Assembly: GCA_002269645.1 (NCBI GenBank)
Contig: NIVC01001186.1
Coordinates: 123,293-187,292 of the forward strand
Source: Macrostomum lignano
Lineage: Eukaryota
Direction: 5' to 3'
Length of the DNA stretch: 64,000 bases
Of the stretch, positions 36,680-48,825 are shown piece by piece; position 1 is the first letter of the stretch, and each line of letters opens with the position of its first letter. The notes beneath the pieces were generated by a model. The model was not told where the DNA came from, searched no databases, and worked only from the letters and a program-made list of their open reading frames with translations. The translations under genes were made by a program, and so were the position numbers.

Positions 36680-37350
36680 GGGGGGGTACTTGCTATTTGG
36701 GAGAGGGGGTACTTGCTATTTGGGAGAGGGGGTACTTGCTATTTGGGAGAGGGGGTACTTGCTATTTGGGAGAGGGGGTACTGGCTGCATGTATCTACGA
36801 GTACATGTATGGGAATCTTTCTATCCAGGGATGCTTGCTATCTGGGTGTATGTTTGCTACCTGGATGATGCTTGCTATCTGCAAGATGCTTGCTATCTGG
36901 GTGGATGTTTGCTACCTGGATGATGCTTGCTATCTGCAAGATGCTTAATTTGCTTTCTAGGGGATGCTTGCTATCTGCAAGATGCTTGCTATCTGGGGGA
37001 TGCTTGCTATCTGCAAGATGCTTGCTATCTGGGGGATGCTTGCTATCAGGGGTATGCTTGCTATCTGGGTGGATGCTTGCTATCTGGGGGATGCTTGCTA
37101 TCTGCAGGATGCTTGCTATCTGGGGTATGCTTGCTATCTGGGTGGATGCTTGCTATCTGGGGGATGCTTGCTATCTGCAGGATGCTTGCTATCTGGGGGA
37201 TGCTTGCTATCTGCAGGATGCTTGCTATCTGGGTGTATGCTTGCTATCTGGGTGGATGCTTGCTATCTGGGTGTATGCTTGCTATCTGGGTGTATGCTTG
37301 CTATCTGGATGGATGCTTGCTATCTGGGTGGATGCTTGCTATCTTGGGAT
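36680..37350. repeat. 23-bp (TACTTGCTATTTGGGAGAGGGGG) and 18-20-bp (GATGCTTGCTATCTG..) arrays
   Basis: Direct reading. Confidence 0.93.
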
Positions 37351-38225
37351 GTTAAATGACCGGTCTTTTGCTAGAGTCCCTTGAGAGAGCAGGGACTCTA
37401 GCAAGCATCCCTGAATAGAAAGATTCCCATACATGTACTCGTAGATACATGCAGCCAGTACCCCCTCTCCCAAGTAGCAAGTACCCCCCCCCCTCAAGAG
37501 AGAAATCTTAGTAAAAATTGTCAAAATCTATTTCAAAAAATGTCTTAGTCAAAATCGATTGTTAACTGTTCAATATTGATTCGGAGTTGTCAAAAATGAA
37601 GCGGACTTTTTGGGTACACAAACCATAGAGTGTCAGTTTTGAAGCAACTCTGTCAAAATAGAATCAGACTTTGCAGCCCAACCAGTCAGGCTATTTTAGT
37701 CTGTGTGTGTAAAGGATAGAGAAAAATAAATTTTATCAATACTTGTAGATCCAAAAAGCAAAATCAGAATAAGCTGATATTGCACAGCTCACTTCAGCCC
37801 CGTTCAGGCTTTCAGTGGATTACTTTGTTACCGAATTCTCCCAGGAGAAGTTGACTAAACGTGCATTGTCAAAATTGAACCAGAGTTTGTCAAAAATGAA
37901 GCTTGTCTGTCAATATTGATTGTTGATTTTGAGTGCCCCACCATAGAGTGTCAATATTGAAGAGGAGTTTGTCAGTTTCGAAGTTCTCCTTGTTCAAAAT
38001 CGAGGGTAAAATTGTGTAAAACAATATATATATAGAGATATTAAAACTTTATTGCATTAAGATAGCAACAGATTAGCAACAGATTAGCAACAGATTAGCA
38101 ACAGATTAGTAACACATTAGCAACAGATTATGTGATTGTTATTTGAACTCAATTATTATAAATTTTGTTAGTCCTCCGGTGCTACTCATCTCGTCTCACA
38201 CTTATAGCCAAGACTGGCAGGCTTC

Positions 38226-41200
38226 TTAGTTGTTGTACAGAGCCAAAAGCTTGGCATCAGCGTTGCCGGCCACAGCAGCAAAGCTGCTCGGAATGATTGA
38301 TGACTGAAACAGCCAGCATTCGAGTGTGGCAGTCCTGAACAGGACGAACAGGCAGTTGGTCAGCTGCGAGCAGCGCAGCAGGCATTCAATATCCGACCTC
38401 ATTTGAGTCAGAGCAGCAATAAGGCTGATCGATGTCATCGAATAGCTTGGCTGGATCGCATTGGCAACTTCGTTGTCCGGGACGGCTTAAAAATTATTAT
38501 TGAATTATTAGAATCGTTAGCTGATTTAAAATGAGGTAGAATGATGTTTCTAGGAAAAAGTTTCAAAAATCTGTACATATGTAGCCATAGCAACTCTGGG
38601 GATCCCTTTATTACACACCGCTAGTCCTTTAAAAGTAGGCCGCATCACCATGGTGGTATTCCATGATAGCAAAATACCTCGGCATCTAGAGGTCAAAGAA
38701 AGTCAATCAATTTCTCTCACTTTGAGAAAAACCAAGAAGGATTGGCCATGGACAATAAAGTTGGGCTTAATCATGGACTTCTATACTTAGCATCTGGACT
38801 GGAAGCGAAAAAATTCGCGTTACCACATGAGGCCATCAGAAATGTATTTAATTTTTTATCGCGAGGCAACGACGCAAATTCAAACTGATTAATTTCATAT
38901 TCAGGCAGGACTACTTGTGATTGGGAACGAATTATATACATGTTGTTATGTATATTAGCAGTGTGCAGAGAAAAAGATGCATGTGTGCATATGTCACTTG
39001 AACAAATCGGTAAGAAACGAGAGTAGGCAGTATTAACAAAGGACTGAACAGCTTAGATGTGACACGAAAGCAGGTCAGTGGCGTGTCAGACAGATTGAAA
39101 AGCATCATCGACACAAATCAAAGTTGTTAGTATGAACTGCCACGGGAAAGTTTAGCCGACTTTCGTTTACTTTTGGCTCCAGCTCCACCAACCGAAATAT
39201 CTTTGACCAAATTTTTCATCATGCAGTTGAAAAATGCGCAAATAATTCCCTCTTTTACATCATGGCCAGCCGTGCACATCATCTGACCCATGAAATGTTC
39301 CAGGTAAATGCTGTCCTCCATAATCTCGTCAACAATGTGACAGAACAGTTGCATCTGGTTGGGCGCGGTCAGCAGCCTTCTGTGCAGTTCATTGCTGATG
39401 ATTTCTCTATGTTAGGCTCAGATGTGAAATTAGGCTCAGATTTGAAATGCAGTGAGCAGATGCGAGAGTACTTGGTGGGTTCAAAGTCCTTCCTCGGATT
39501 CGCCTTGTTCCATTTTTCCAGTAGACTCGGCTTGTTAAGTGGATAACAATGAAACGTCACAGTCCTGTCTGGTGTCAAACTATTAGCGAAGCCACTCCTG
39601 CAGCCGAATGCCGAACACTTATTCACAATAATGAAGGATATGCTTTCATTATGCAGAGTCAAATGAAGAAAGTGAGTTTAGTTGTATTCGATATAAGCCG
39701 CAGCAGCTTTTGATAAATGTAATATTCCTGCACGAAAACGAGCGAAGCGCACGAGTGCATTTTGCCATAGACGCACGAGTTTGCGTGTAGGAAAATCATT
39801 GTCTTTTGACCATAGACAAAGTCATTCCTGCACGGTTTTCGAGAAACGTTAAGAAGAGATGAAAATTGAGTGGAGAGTTTATAGAAAAGTGTATAAAGCT
39901 TATTGACTATGGCGTCTGTAATCGACTCGGCTCTGAATCCTCCATTAATTGATTTTCGCTACGCTACGGTGTCTGGATTAAGTGGCGACGAAATGTTTAT
40001 TGAAAGTGTGTCCAGCAACTTTGAGAGGACGGGCGACGATTTGACTGCACTGATAGCGGATTGCACGTTCAGCGAGGAATTAGAGAAACTTTTCAGCTCG
40101 GATCCGGAAACCTTGTGTAACCTTGACGAATTGGAAAGTCTGGCCGCTCAACTGGAACGCGACAACGAATGTCATTCGACTGTCTCTAAGGAGAAAGCTG
40201 TGATCAACCGCTTGACGGCCTGGTTGGCGAAGAATAATTTAAAAGTGGATTACGCGACTGCTTCGGTGGAAGAAATTGCCAAATGGGTCCGCTACTTCTA
40301 TGCGACTCTGCGTAAGTCAGACGGCAGCTTCTATTCGCCGAATACAATCGTAGGAATTCGAGCCGCACTGTTCAGGTACTTTATGAAATTACGTGGCCTC
40401 AATATCATCGCTCACGAGGCTTTTCATAGCGCGAATTTGATGGTGAAGAATGTTTGCAATGCGTATTTGAAGTCCGGTGGTCGAGTGCAGCATTACGAAG
40501 CCATTGAGTCGGACGACCTTGTCAAGCTTGCTTCTTACTTCGACAGAAGCACTCCAACACGTTTGCAAGAAGAGGTATATTTCAATGTGTTATTTTATTT
40601 CGGCAATCGCGGCAGAGAATGGCTACGAGGTCTCACTGTTCGTTCATTCCGAGAGAAGGCCCTATCAAACGGAGCTATGGCGATCGAGTTGCAAGGCAGC
40701 ACCTCAAAGAATGTAAAAGGCTCGAGTGACATGCGACTCTGCGACGACAATAAACAGGCCTTGATGGTGGCCAAGCCGGAGTCAAGGCACTGTCCAGTTC
40801 AGGCCTTCCAGCTTTATTTGTCGAAAATTACTGCCGTGCCGGGTTGGAATCAGGAGGACTTCTTTCTGCGTCCGAAACCACGAGTGAATGCGGATGGCAT
40901 CTGGTACACCAAAGTACCAGTTGGAATCAACACTTTGGGGCCGTTGCTCAAGAAGATCTCTTCGAATGCAAACCTGTCCAAGATGTACACTCCGCATTGT
41001 GTGCGACCTACAGTTGTTACGGAGCTGCGTGAAGCTGGCTTTTCTGTCGAAAAAATTGCGGAGGTGACAGGTCACAAGGTGAGCAATTCTTTATTCTTAG
41101 TAAGTTTATTGACACATGGACAAGGAATTTATTAAACACCACCTCTATTCACAGAATAGCGCGTCGGTAGAACGATACATCCGGAGAGGCAAGAAGAGGG

Positions 41201-44021
41201 ACTCGATCATGGCAGGGATGAGTGATCAGCTGACAGTCGCTCTAGCTGGAACTATGCCGGCACCAAGTTCTACATTGAGCGAAGCTCCTGCAAGGGCTGT
41301 TACAACTACCGATCCATGCGCCCTGAGCGACGCTCCTACAAGGGCTGTTGCGACTACCGACCCGTGCGGATCAGCGTCAATGTCAACTGTCAAGAAGTCA
41401 CTGGTTGTTGAAGAATCGACCACCACACTTGTAGCAGCCCCCACTAAGCGGATGAAGATTTTGGCAAACGGCGAAACGAATATGTTGTGCAGTTTATTTT
41501 CGAGTAAATGCCGAGAGGGGTGTGAGTAGGTCTATAGACTCATTAACTGTTTCCCTAGTTCCACTTATTATCCTTTTTGTTCTTCCATATTGTTATTGAT
41601 TACATATTCAGTTGCTTCTAAAAATAAATTGTTAAATCGTGCAGGAATGAAGTCATTCCTGCACGATAAGCTAACGTATGTCAAGTGATTTCTACCATAG
41701 ACACAGACATTCCTGCACGATAATAAATCGAAAAAATCATTCCTGCACGCTGTGGTCAAACGACAATGTAATATTCCTGCACGGTCACGAGTGCGGGAAT
41801 GACATCTGCACGAGTGCGCGCTAGCGCACGAGTGCACGATGTCCTTCACGCACGAGTGAACGTGAAGGAATTCCATTGTCGGATGATTCATCGTGCAGGA
41901 ATGCACAAAACCGTGCAGGAATGCATTTCTGCGCCTAATGCTTTTTCAGTGAGATTTTACCATAGACATCCATTCCTGCACGCAAAAGAGTGCAAGAATG
42001 CCATTCTTGCATGGAAAATCAGCCGACAATGCATATCTATGGAAACAATTGGCCTCATGTGGTAATTTTTTTTTGCGAGAATTTTTTCGCTTCCAGTCCA
42101 GATGCTAAGTATAGAAGTCCATGGCTTAATGATAGAACAAAGTACATTATCTGAAAATACCAGCTTTATTACTAGCCATAGACTATAAGCTGCTGTAGCA
42201 TTTCATAAAAAAATAAGCGCACCTCAAATGAAATACATACTTCATTCATTCACTTGATCCCGATCTTAAATTTTAAATTCGATTCTTTTCGAATATCCTA
42301 CTTACCCACGTAGACGTCAACCTCGCAGAAATTGAAGTAGGCCTGAGTGCTGGCGGTCAGACCAGTTCGATTCTTGTACAGAGCCAGGTAGCGACCAACG
42401 ACAGGGGACGGGCAGGTCAGGCTGATAGGATTTGTAGCATCGGTGGGCGCTCCAGTAAAGTAGAAACAGCGTTTGAATAGGTTCTCGTTGAAGCTGGACC
42501 AAGCGGCCGCGTCCGATGATATGCCTGCGAGTGGCAGGAAGAATTTCGGTGAGCTAAAGCTGGTTGCAAATTTTTTATGGAGCATGGATTAAGATAGCAG
42601 AATTTTCCTAACAATGAGTCCTCTTGTGTATCAAAAATACAAATAAGTGATCTGTGATCTGATTTACCTGAAACCCTAATATCCGTAGTTCTAGGAACTG
42701 TAATCCTTAGAGCCGTAATCTTGTGAAATGTAATCCCAAGAACTTATAATCCTGAGAATTTATAATCCTGAGAACTGTAATCCTGAGAACTGTAATCCTG
42801 AGAACTGTAATCCTGAGAACTGTAATCCTGAGAACTGTAATCCTGAGAACTGTAATCCTGAGAACTGTAACCCTGATAACTGTAATCCTGATAACTGTAA
42901 TCCTAAGAACTGTAATCCTGAGAACTGTAATCCTGAGAACTGTAATCCTGATAACTGTAATCCTGAGAATTTATAATCCTGAGAACTGTAATCCTGAGAA
43001 CTGTAATCCTGAGAACTGTAATCCTGAGAACTGTAATCCTGAGAACTGTAATCCTGAGAACTGTAATCCTGAGAACTGTAACCCTGATAACTGTAATCCT
43101 GAGAACTGTAATCCTGAGAACTGTAATCCTGAGAACTGTAATCCTGATAACTGTAATCCTGAGAATTTATAATCCTGAGAACTGTAATCCTGAGAACTGT
43201 AATCCTGAGAACTGTAATCCTGAGAACTGTAATCCTGAGAACTGTAATCCTGAGAACTGTAATCCTGAGAACTGTAATCCTGAGAACTGTAATCCTGAGA
43301 ACTGTAACCCTGAGAACTGTAATCCTGAGAACTGTGAAAGCCTGAAAATTGAGGATCTGAGGACTAAAATCCTTAGATACCGTAACGAGTACTATGATCC
43401 TGGAAGCAATACCATCATTAGTTCTAGAAAACTTTCCTAGAAAGAAATCAATACAGCCTGGAAAAGCGGCTCAACTCACTCACCAAGGCTAATCTGGGTA
43501 AACCGAACCTCGTCCGTGCTATCCAGTCGGTTCCAGACATTGACCCCGGCGATTCGGTAGGACTGCAGCAGGTCCAGCATCCACCAGGGCACCGTGTCGC
43601 TGCCGGAGTTCAACACGCACTGAGCGGCGTCCACGTAATGCCCATCAGTATTGCCATTGTAGGCCAGTTCAGCAGACTGCCCAGACGTGTGCTGGGACGA
43701 GATTTTTGCCGGCAGAAACTTTGGCATCAGGACGCTTCGACCTGGGCGTTGGGATGAGTTGTGTGTCTAAGAGTTATGAACTTCTAGACTAAAAAGTCAT
43801 GCAAGCTCGCGACTCGAGAGATTTAGAATCCACGGAGAGTATCTATACATGTATAATCCTATATACTAAAAATGAGTTTTTGTATGTATGTAGCTATTCT
43901 CATTTACATCCTCAAAAGCGATGCAACGACTAGGTAACTGTAAACTAACTATAAACTCACCGTCCAGACGGACGAAAAGAAGATTTAACAAAGTAAACAG
44001 AAGCAGAATGGATTTCTCCAT
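38226..44021 (-). CDS. Secreted F-type lectin + PAN/apple protein, paralog 2; exons 43961-44021, 43484-43741, 42306-42524, 38226-38485 (265 aa)
   Basis: Exons 1-3 have the same lengths as in paralog 1; exon 4 has an in-frame 3-nt deletion; GT-AG phase-1 introns. Confidence 0.85.
39127..39662 (-). pseudogene. P-element transposase remnant: THAP domain joined to the extreme C-terminus, catalytic core deleted
   Basis: KCSAFGC...FHCYP...W...RICSLHF (C2CH THAP); C-terminal GHD...FFNCMMKN...KRK. Confidence 0.8.
39716..41768 (+). mobile_element. Crypton-type tyrosine-recombinase transposon, apparently complete
   Basis: Starts AATG-TAATATTCCTGCACG and ends CGAC-AATG; subterminal ATTCCTGCACG repeats; YR gene inside. 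Confidence 0.65.
39909..41529 (+). CDS. Crypton tyrosine recombinase (DUF3504/ZMYM-KCTD1-like); exons 39909-41078 and 41155-41529 (~514 aa)
   Basis: FGNRGRE, HCVR and TGHK; after a 76-nt GT-AG intron, NSASVERY supplies the catalytic Tyr; YTKVPVGINTLG motif. Confidence 0.88.
41765..42031. mobile_element. Short non-autonomous Crypton derivative in tandem with the complete copy
   Basis: Same start (AATGTAATATTCCTGCACG) and end (CGACAATG), no ORF. Confidence 0.5.
42715..43335. repeat. 15-bp minisatellite (CTGTAATCCTGAGAA), ~40 units, in lectin paralog 2 intron 2
   Basis: Direct reading. Confidence 0.97.
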
Positions 44022-44519
44022 GACGAATATTTCTCAATGAGCAGGGGATGCAATTAGAGCTGAGTAGGGCTGTCTGTCTATCAGCCAAAAGAGAAGGGTA
44101 GGCTCAGTTTTATCAGTTTAAGTTTTAGCTTTAGTGTAGATTTTACTGTCAGGGCCTCATTAATCATAGAGGGTGGCTGCGACTCCTCATAAACTGAAAA
44201 AGCTCTAAGGCTCTAACCCCACACTGCCGGTTGAATGTCCCCCCCCCTCCACAGAACTTGCATATAGAATATAGAGGCTTTATATTGTTTTTCTGGACCA
44301 AAGTAGTAGAATTAAAAGCCTTGCTATATAATTGGATTTCTCTACCTGAGCGGCTGTATCTGACAATGTATCCGTAAGCCAGCCTAGCCTAATCAATATT
44401 TTATGGATTTGATTCTGGAAGGACGGAGTTTTAGTCCATTCATCCAAACAATTGCTGCATTGCCTACTTTTTTGAAATATTTTATAGCTTGCTTTTTCAC
44501 TGAAAATTTGTAAAGTAGC

Positions 44520-44720
44520 TAAGGAGACACAGAGCTAATAAAAGTAAGCTATGTAGCTAATAAAAGTAAGCTATGGAGCTAACAAGAGTAAGCTATGGAG
44601 CTAACAAGAGTAAGCTATGGAGCTAACAAGAGTAAGCTATGGAGCTAACAAGAGTAAACTATGCGAGCTAACAAGAATAAGCTATGCGCTAACAAGAGTA
44701 AGCTATGAAGCTTACAACAG
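44520..44720. repeat. 22-bp minisatellite (AACAAGAGTAAGCTATGGAGCT)
   Basis: Direct reading. Confidence 0.9.
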
Positions 44721-44859
44721 TGATAAAATCTATGACGCTTACATGGCTTTGTTTAATCCTTATAACAAACTGGTTTGCGTGGTAGCAAGTTATAGAAGCT
44801 TTTATGCTCAGCAGAGTTTACTTGGACTATAGTAATTATTTGCTGCTATAACCACACCC

Positions 44860-45480
44860 AGTCCACTCATCTGTGGACCAGCACCAGCGCTGGTATTAGG
44901 AACCAATCGAACAGCCTGGTTCTCGGTCCCGGCCTTCTCAGTCAAGCCAGGAACAGTCTCAGTCTCCACTGGTTTACATGAGCCGTTGTTAATCGCAGGC
45001 AGGTCAGCTGCAGTCAGCAGAGCAGAGGGCGCTGAACGATAAACTTGGCTGAAATCGAAGCAGTGCCAGGTTGAGAACTCAACCAGATTGATTCGCCCAC
45101 TTGCTCGGTCATGGTCAGCGGGTGGCGTAGGCGGCGACCCCACATGAGGATGTCCGGCGAGCCCGAGCGGTCCCCGCTAGGCCTACTGGTGCGATTGGAA
45201 CAGCAGCTTTTGGAGAAACTATAATCGAATAGAAAGACTTTCATCCATGTGTTCAAACCGCTTTACAGACTTCTCACCAACCACTTAGCCTGTCCGTTCG
45301 ATGCAGGATGATAAGGCGGGATGTGCACCTTCTGGCATCCTACACTTTTCAGCCAATGCGACACTCTCTCCGACCTAAATTCAGGCGCATTAAGATCAGA
45401 GTGCAGCAGGAACTTGCGTTTGGCCATCGCTCCCTGGAGGCTTAAAACTAACTCCAGGTTCGATAAGCCGGCGTGTGGTT
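44860..45480 (-). pseudogene. Ty3/Gypsy LTR-retrotransposon integrase remnant
   Basis: HSDLNAPEFRSE...VHIPPYHPASNGQAK. Confidence 0.75.
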
Positions 45481-47454
45481 TCGGCTGCCTTACGGCGGAC
45501 GAAAATGTCCAGGGGCGTGAGGCAGAGGAAGGCATTGAGGCCGTCAAAGGGAGCAGAGAGCGCGCGAGGCATTCAGAGTCATGCGACACGCGCGTCCCTG
45601 CAACCTCTTTGAGAACTTCGTGTCAGGTTTTGATCTGCAAGGCGCTGTTTACATGTATATATAGTGTCTACGCGGAAATACTGCTAGCTGAAGGCATACA
45701 TGAAAATCCAGGTTCCTTATTAACTCATACCGATCGCGTCGAATTTGCGTTCCTAAAGTTACATGTATTTACCGGCAAATTTTATCAAGTTCAAAAATGC
45801 TGCTCGCCTGATCATTTTTTGTGAAACAATTACTCTTGAGTTTATATAAAAATTTATTGCAGTTACTTAACTCAGTAAGCTTTTGAAATTGAAACAATTC
45901 GTTAAAACCAGAAATTTTATTCCAAATTTAAATGTGGAGGGTGATTCTCATCGAGAGGTTTCGGAGCCCAGTGAAAAAAATGATATGGATTCCATGTGGA
46001 TTTTTCATATGAAATCCATATGTGCATTTGTCTCCGTCCATCCATGTGGAATCAAGATATGGATTCCACATGGAAGATCCACATGGAAGTAATTATGTAT
46101 TTCACATAGAATCCACATTGTCATTGAGTAAGCAGCCATTATACTGGTTGCCATAATAAATTGTTGCATCCTAAATCTCAAAATAATACCAGATCTCAAA
46201 ATTTCATACAAACCCCAGATCTCAATACCATATAAAAGAAACTGAAACACAGATAAAACATTAGCTATAGCCAAAAATATTTCTGCACAAAAATATATTC
46301 AAAAAGGATGTATCAATAAGTAAGGTGTATTTATGTACAGTAGTGAGTCACTAGCACACAAAGAATAAACACACTGATGTAGATATTGATATCTTTAGAG
46401 TTGCGCTGCGCATATGATATAATATATAATTTGAAATTGACATTGTCAATAGCATTAATTAATTAACAATAATATAATGCACCAGAATTAGAACAGTCAG
46501 AAACATGCTGCTGCCAATTGCCAGAATGCTGCTTCGTCAGGTCAGGTGAGCAACCTTAGAAAAGAAAGGGGTTAAATTACAGAATTTTATAACAGATTGA
46601 TAACAGATTTTGTAATAGATTTTGATAGATTTTGATCTTATAACAGATTTTGATGACAGAAAAAAATCAGTTTATAACTAAAACTCACCATTGCTTCACA
46701 AAAGGTAGCATTCGAGATATTAAATTCCAATTCCAAGTAGCTTTGCATGCTTCTTCAAAGGCAAGACCAAGGTGACATCCAAGTTTGAGGATGGGCCATG
46801 TAATGTTAGGCATAAATGAAATAGAAAAATAATTGTTGCCAATTAAGATTGATAGATTATATTGATATAATTCATAAAACTAATTTAAGGATGAATACTT
46901 AATAAAGTTTATTTTAAAATTAACTAGGCCTAAGTCCTAGGTTTATTTTTTAAGCGCAAAGTGTGCATATGCCTTTGCCAGGGGTTAGCGAAATGGGCAG
47001 CAATGCCTCCTCGCTGTTTCCAGATGCACAGAGCCCCTGCAGCTAAGTCAAGTAAGTCAAGTGCACCCTAAATCTTAAAATTGTACCTTGAAAACTGAAA
47101 TTAAAAAGTTGATACAGTTTAGGTGCGATCTCATTACCTATTTTTATGTTGAAGCCTTATTTGCATTGCCTTTTTATAAGAAAAAAAAGAAATTGCATTC
47201 TAAGCCTTAAAATCATAAAACCCTAAAAGTGAGCATAGGGTATGATTTTGCACCTTGTCTCTAGCAAAAAAGAAAACCCTACCTAAGTCAATCAATAAAA
47301 TAAAATTAATAAAATTAAAATAATAAGTATAAAAATAATTAATATATGTTTCTATAAATTTAATTTTTTATTTTAAAATTGATTTTAGACTATAAAGTAT
47401 TTAGGCAAAGCAATGCATGTTTTTCATATTTGCTAGCCTAGTATAATTAAAAGG

Positions 47455-47680
47455 GGGGCCGTAGCCAAGTGGTAGCGCAGCTGCTCTGGTGTGCCAGCAA
47501 CCCAAGCTCGAATCCAAGTGCAATCATATTAATTTGGGGCTGAATTGGAATCTCAGCTTGGCTCTTTGCTCATGCAATTAATGGCCTTGAGAGCCAACCC
47601 CCCAAGGCACAGTGAAGTATACATGCCTAACGATAAATAAAGCTAGGGCCGCTATACATTCCTATGTGAGTGTGCTAGTT
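47455..47680 (+). mobile_element. tRNA-derived SINE family 2, decayed copy
   Basis: Homologous to 33600-33830, with several G>A and C>T changes. Confidence 0.7.
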
Positions 47681-48653
47681 GGCACTTTTTTGGCACTGGA
47701 TGCAACTCGTGCATCTGTATTTTTTTAGATCAAGATGCATGCAAGTCATTTTTTAGCAAAAGTTACAAATAAAACATCATGCAGACATGTATAAATATAT
47801 TGTTTCAATACTTTTTTGCATCTTCATTGAATACTTTCCCTAAATTTAGACCTAGATGCAAGTTGCATCCTGGTTTTTATATTTGTATCCATTTTTAGGC
47901 TTGAGTTGCAAGCTTGCAAGTTGCATCTACATTTTTGCCAATTTTGGCAGAAAAAAACTGATCTGAAAATTAATGAGCTCTGTTGCTCATGGAATAATGA
48001 CATGACATGACTCACTTTATATGTAATCAAATAAAACTGATTTATTTGAAAATGCCCCGGCATTTAAAAAAATAAGCCTAACCTTAATTAATTTTTAAGA
48101 AGATAGCTGACTAGGCCTAATGTCCATAGTCCACACAATTTGCACAAGATGTGGTCATGCACATGTTCAATTTTTGAAATTACGTGACTTATGATTTAGG
48201 CCTAGGCCCTAGTACTACACTTATGACTCATAGCAAGTAGTAAGCCTACTGACTAAAAAGAAGACTAAGTAGTTAGGCCTAGGCCCTACCTAAATCTAAC
48301 TCAAATTTAATTTTTAATACATTTGATTTTGGTCAGGTTAGCCATTTAGCCTAGTTGCCAAGGGTGTACATCAAAATAGCTATATGCAAAATGGCCTCAC
48401 AAAATAGCCAAATATCAACTCAACTTGTGCTAGATATAGTAGATATAGTATACATAGACTTGTGCTAGACATATTATATAGTTCTTAGACTAGGCCAGGG
48501 GTCCCCAACCTTCTATGGGCGGCGGGCCGCATTGACAACTGGCTTGGTGTGTGCGGGCCGCATGCTAATACACAAAACATGAAATACACAAAACCAAGCA
48601 AAAATGTCCATTTCCAAATGTCAAACAAAATCAATGAGATGGCTGGTGCTCCT

Positions 48654-48825
48654 CATACATGCGCAAATTTGGGAATCACCCGGCCGTTTCTATTGGCAAC
48701 ACACACATGTAAGTCGCTATTGGCTGAGAGCAGTCACGTGACTACTATTCCGTCCAATAGCGACTTACATGTGTGTGTTGCCAATAGAAACGGCCGAGTG
48801 AATCCCAAGGTTGCGCCCAAGCATG
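48654..48825. mobile_element. 172-bp palindromic MITE inserted near the transposase stop codon, 8-bp TSD GTGCTCCT
   Basis: TSD at 48646-48653 and 48826-48833; CAT...ATG ends; partial relative at ~53105-53185. Confidence 0.85.

Larger units (their letters stand above)
35937..38016. mobile_element. Foldback element with ~620-bp inverted arms, CAC...GTG ends, TA TSD and an 18-20-bp satellite core (CMC/EnSpm-like or Tc1-like)
   Basis: TA at 35935-35936 and 38017-38018; empty site recognisable at ~4160 in the paralogous block. Confidence 0.82.
38772..42123 (-). mobile_element. Internally deleted P-superfamily DNA transposon, ~70-bp TIRs (CATGGACTTCTATAC...), 7-bp TSD GCTTAAT
   Basis: TSD at 38765-38771 and 42124-42130; THAP remnant; CANRG-type termini. 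Confidence 0.85.

Noticed and set aside
34670-44110. False duplication of the lectin locus
   Set aside because: The copies differ by many substitutions and by independent TE insertions with TSDs, which fits an old duplication better; not fully excluded without read data
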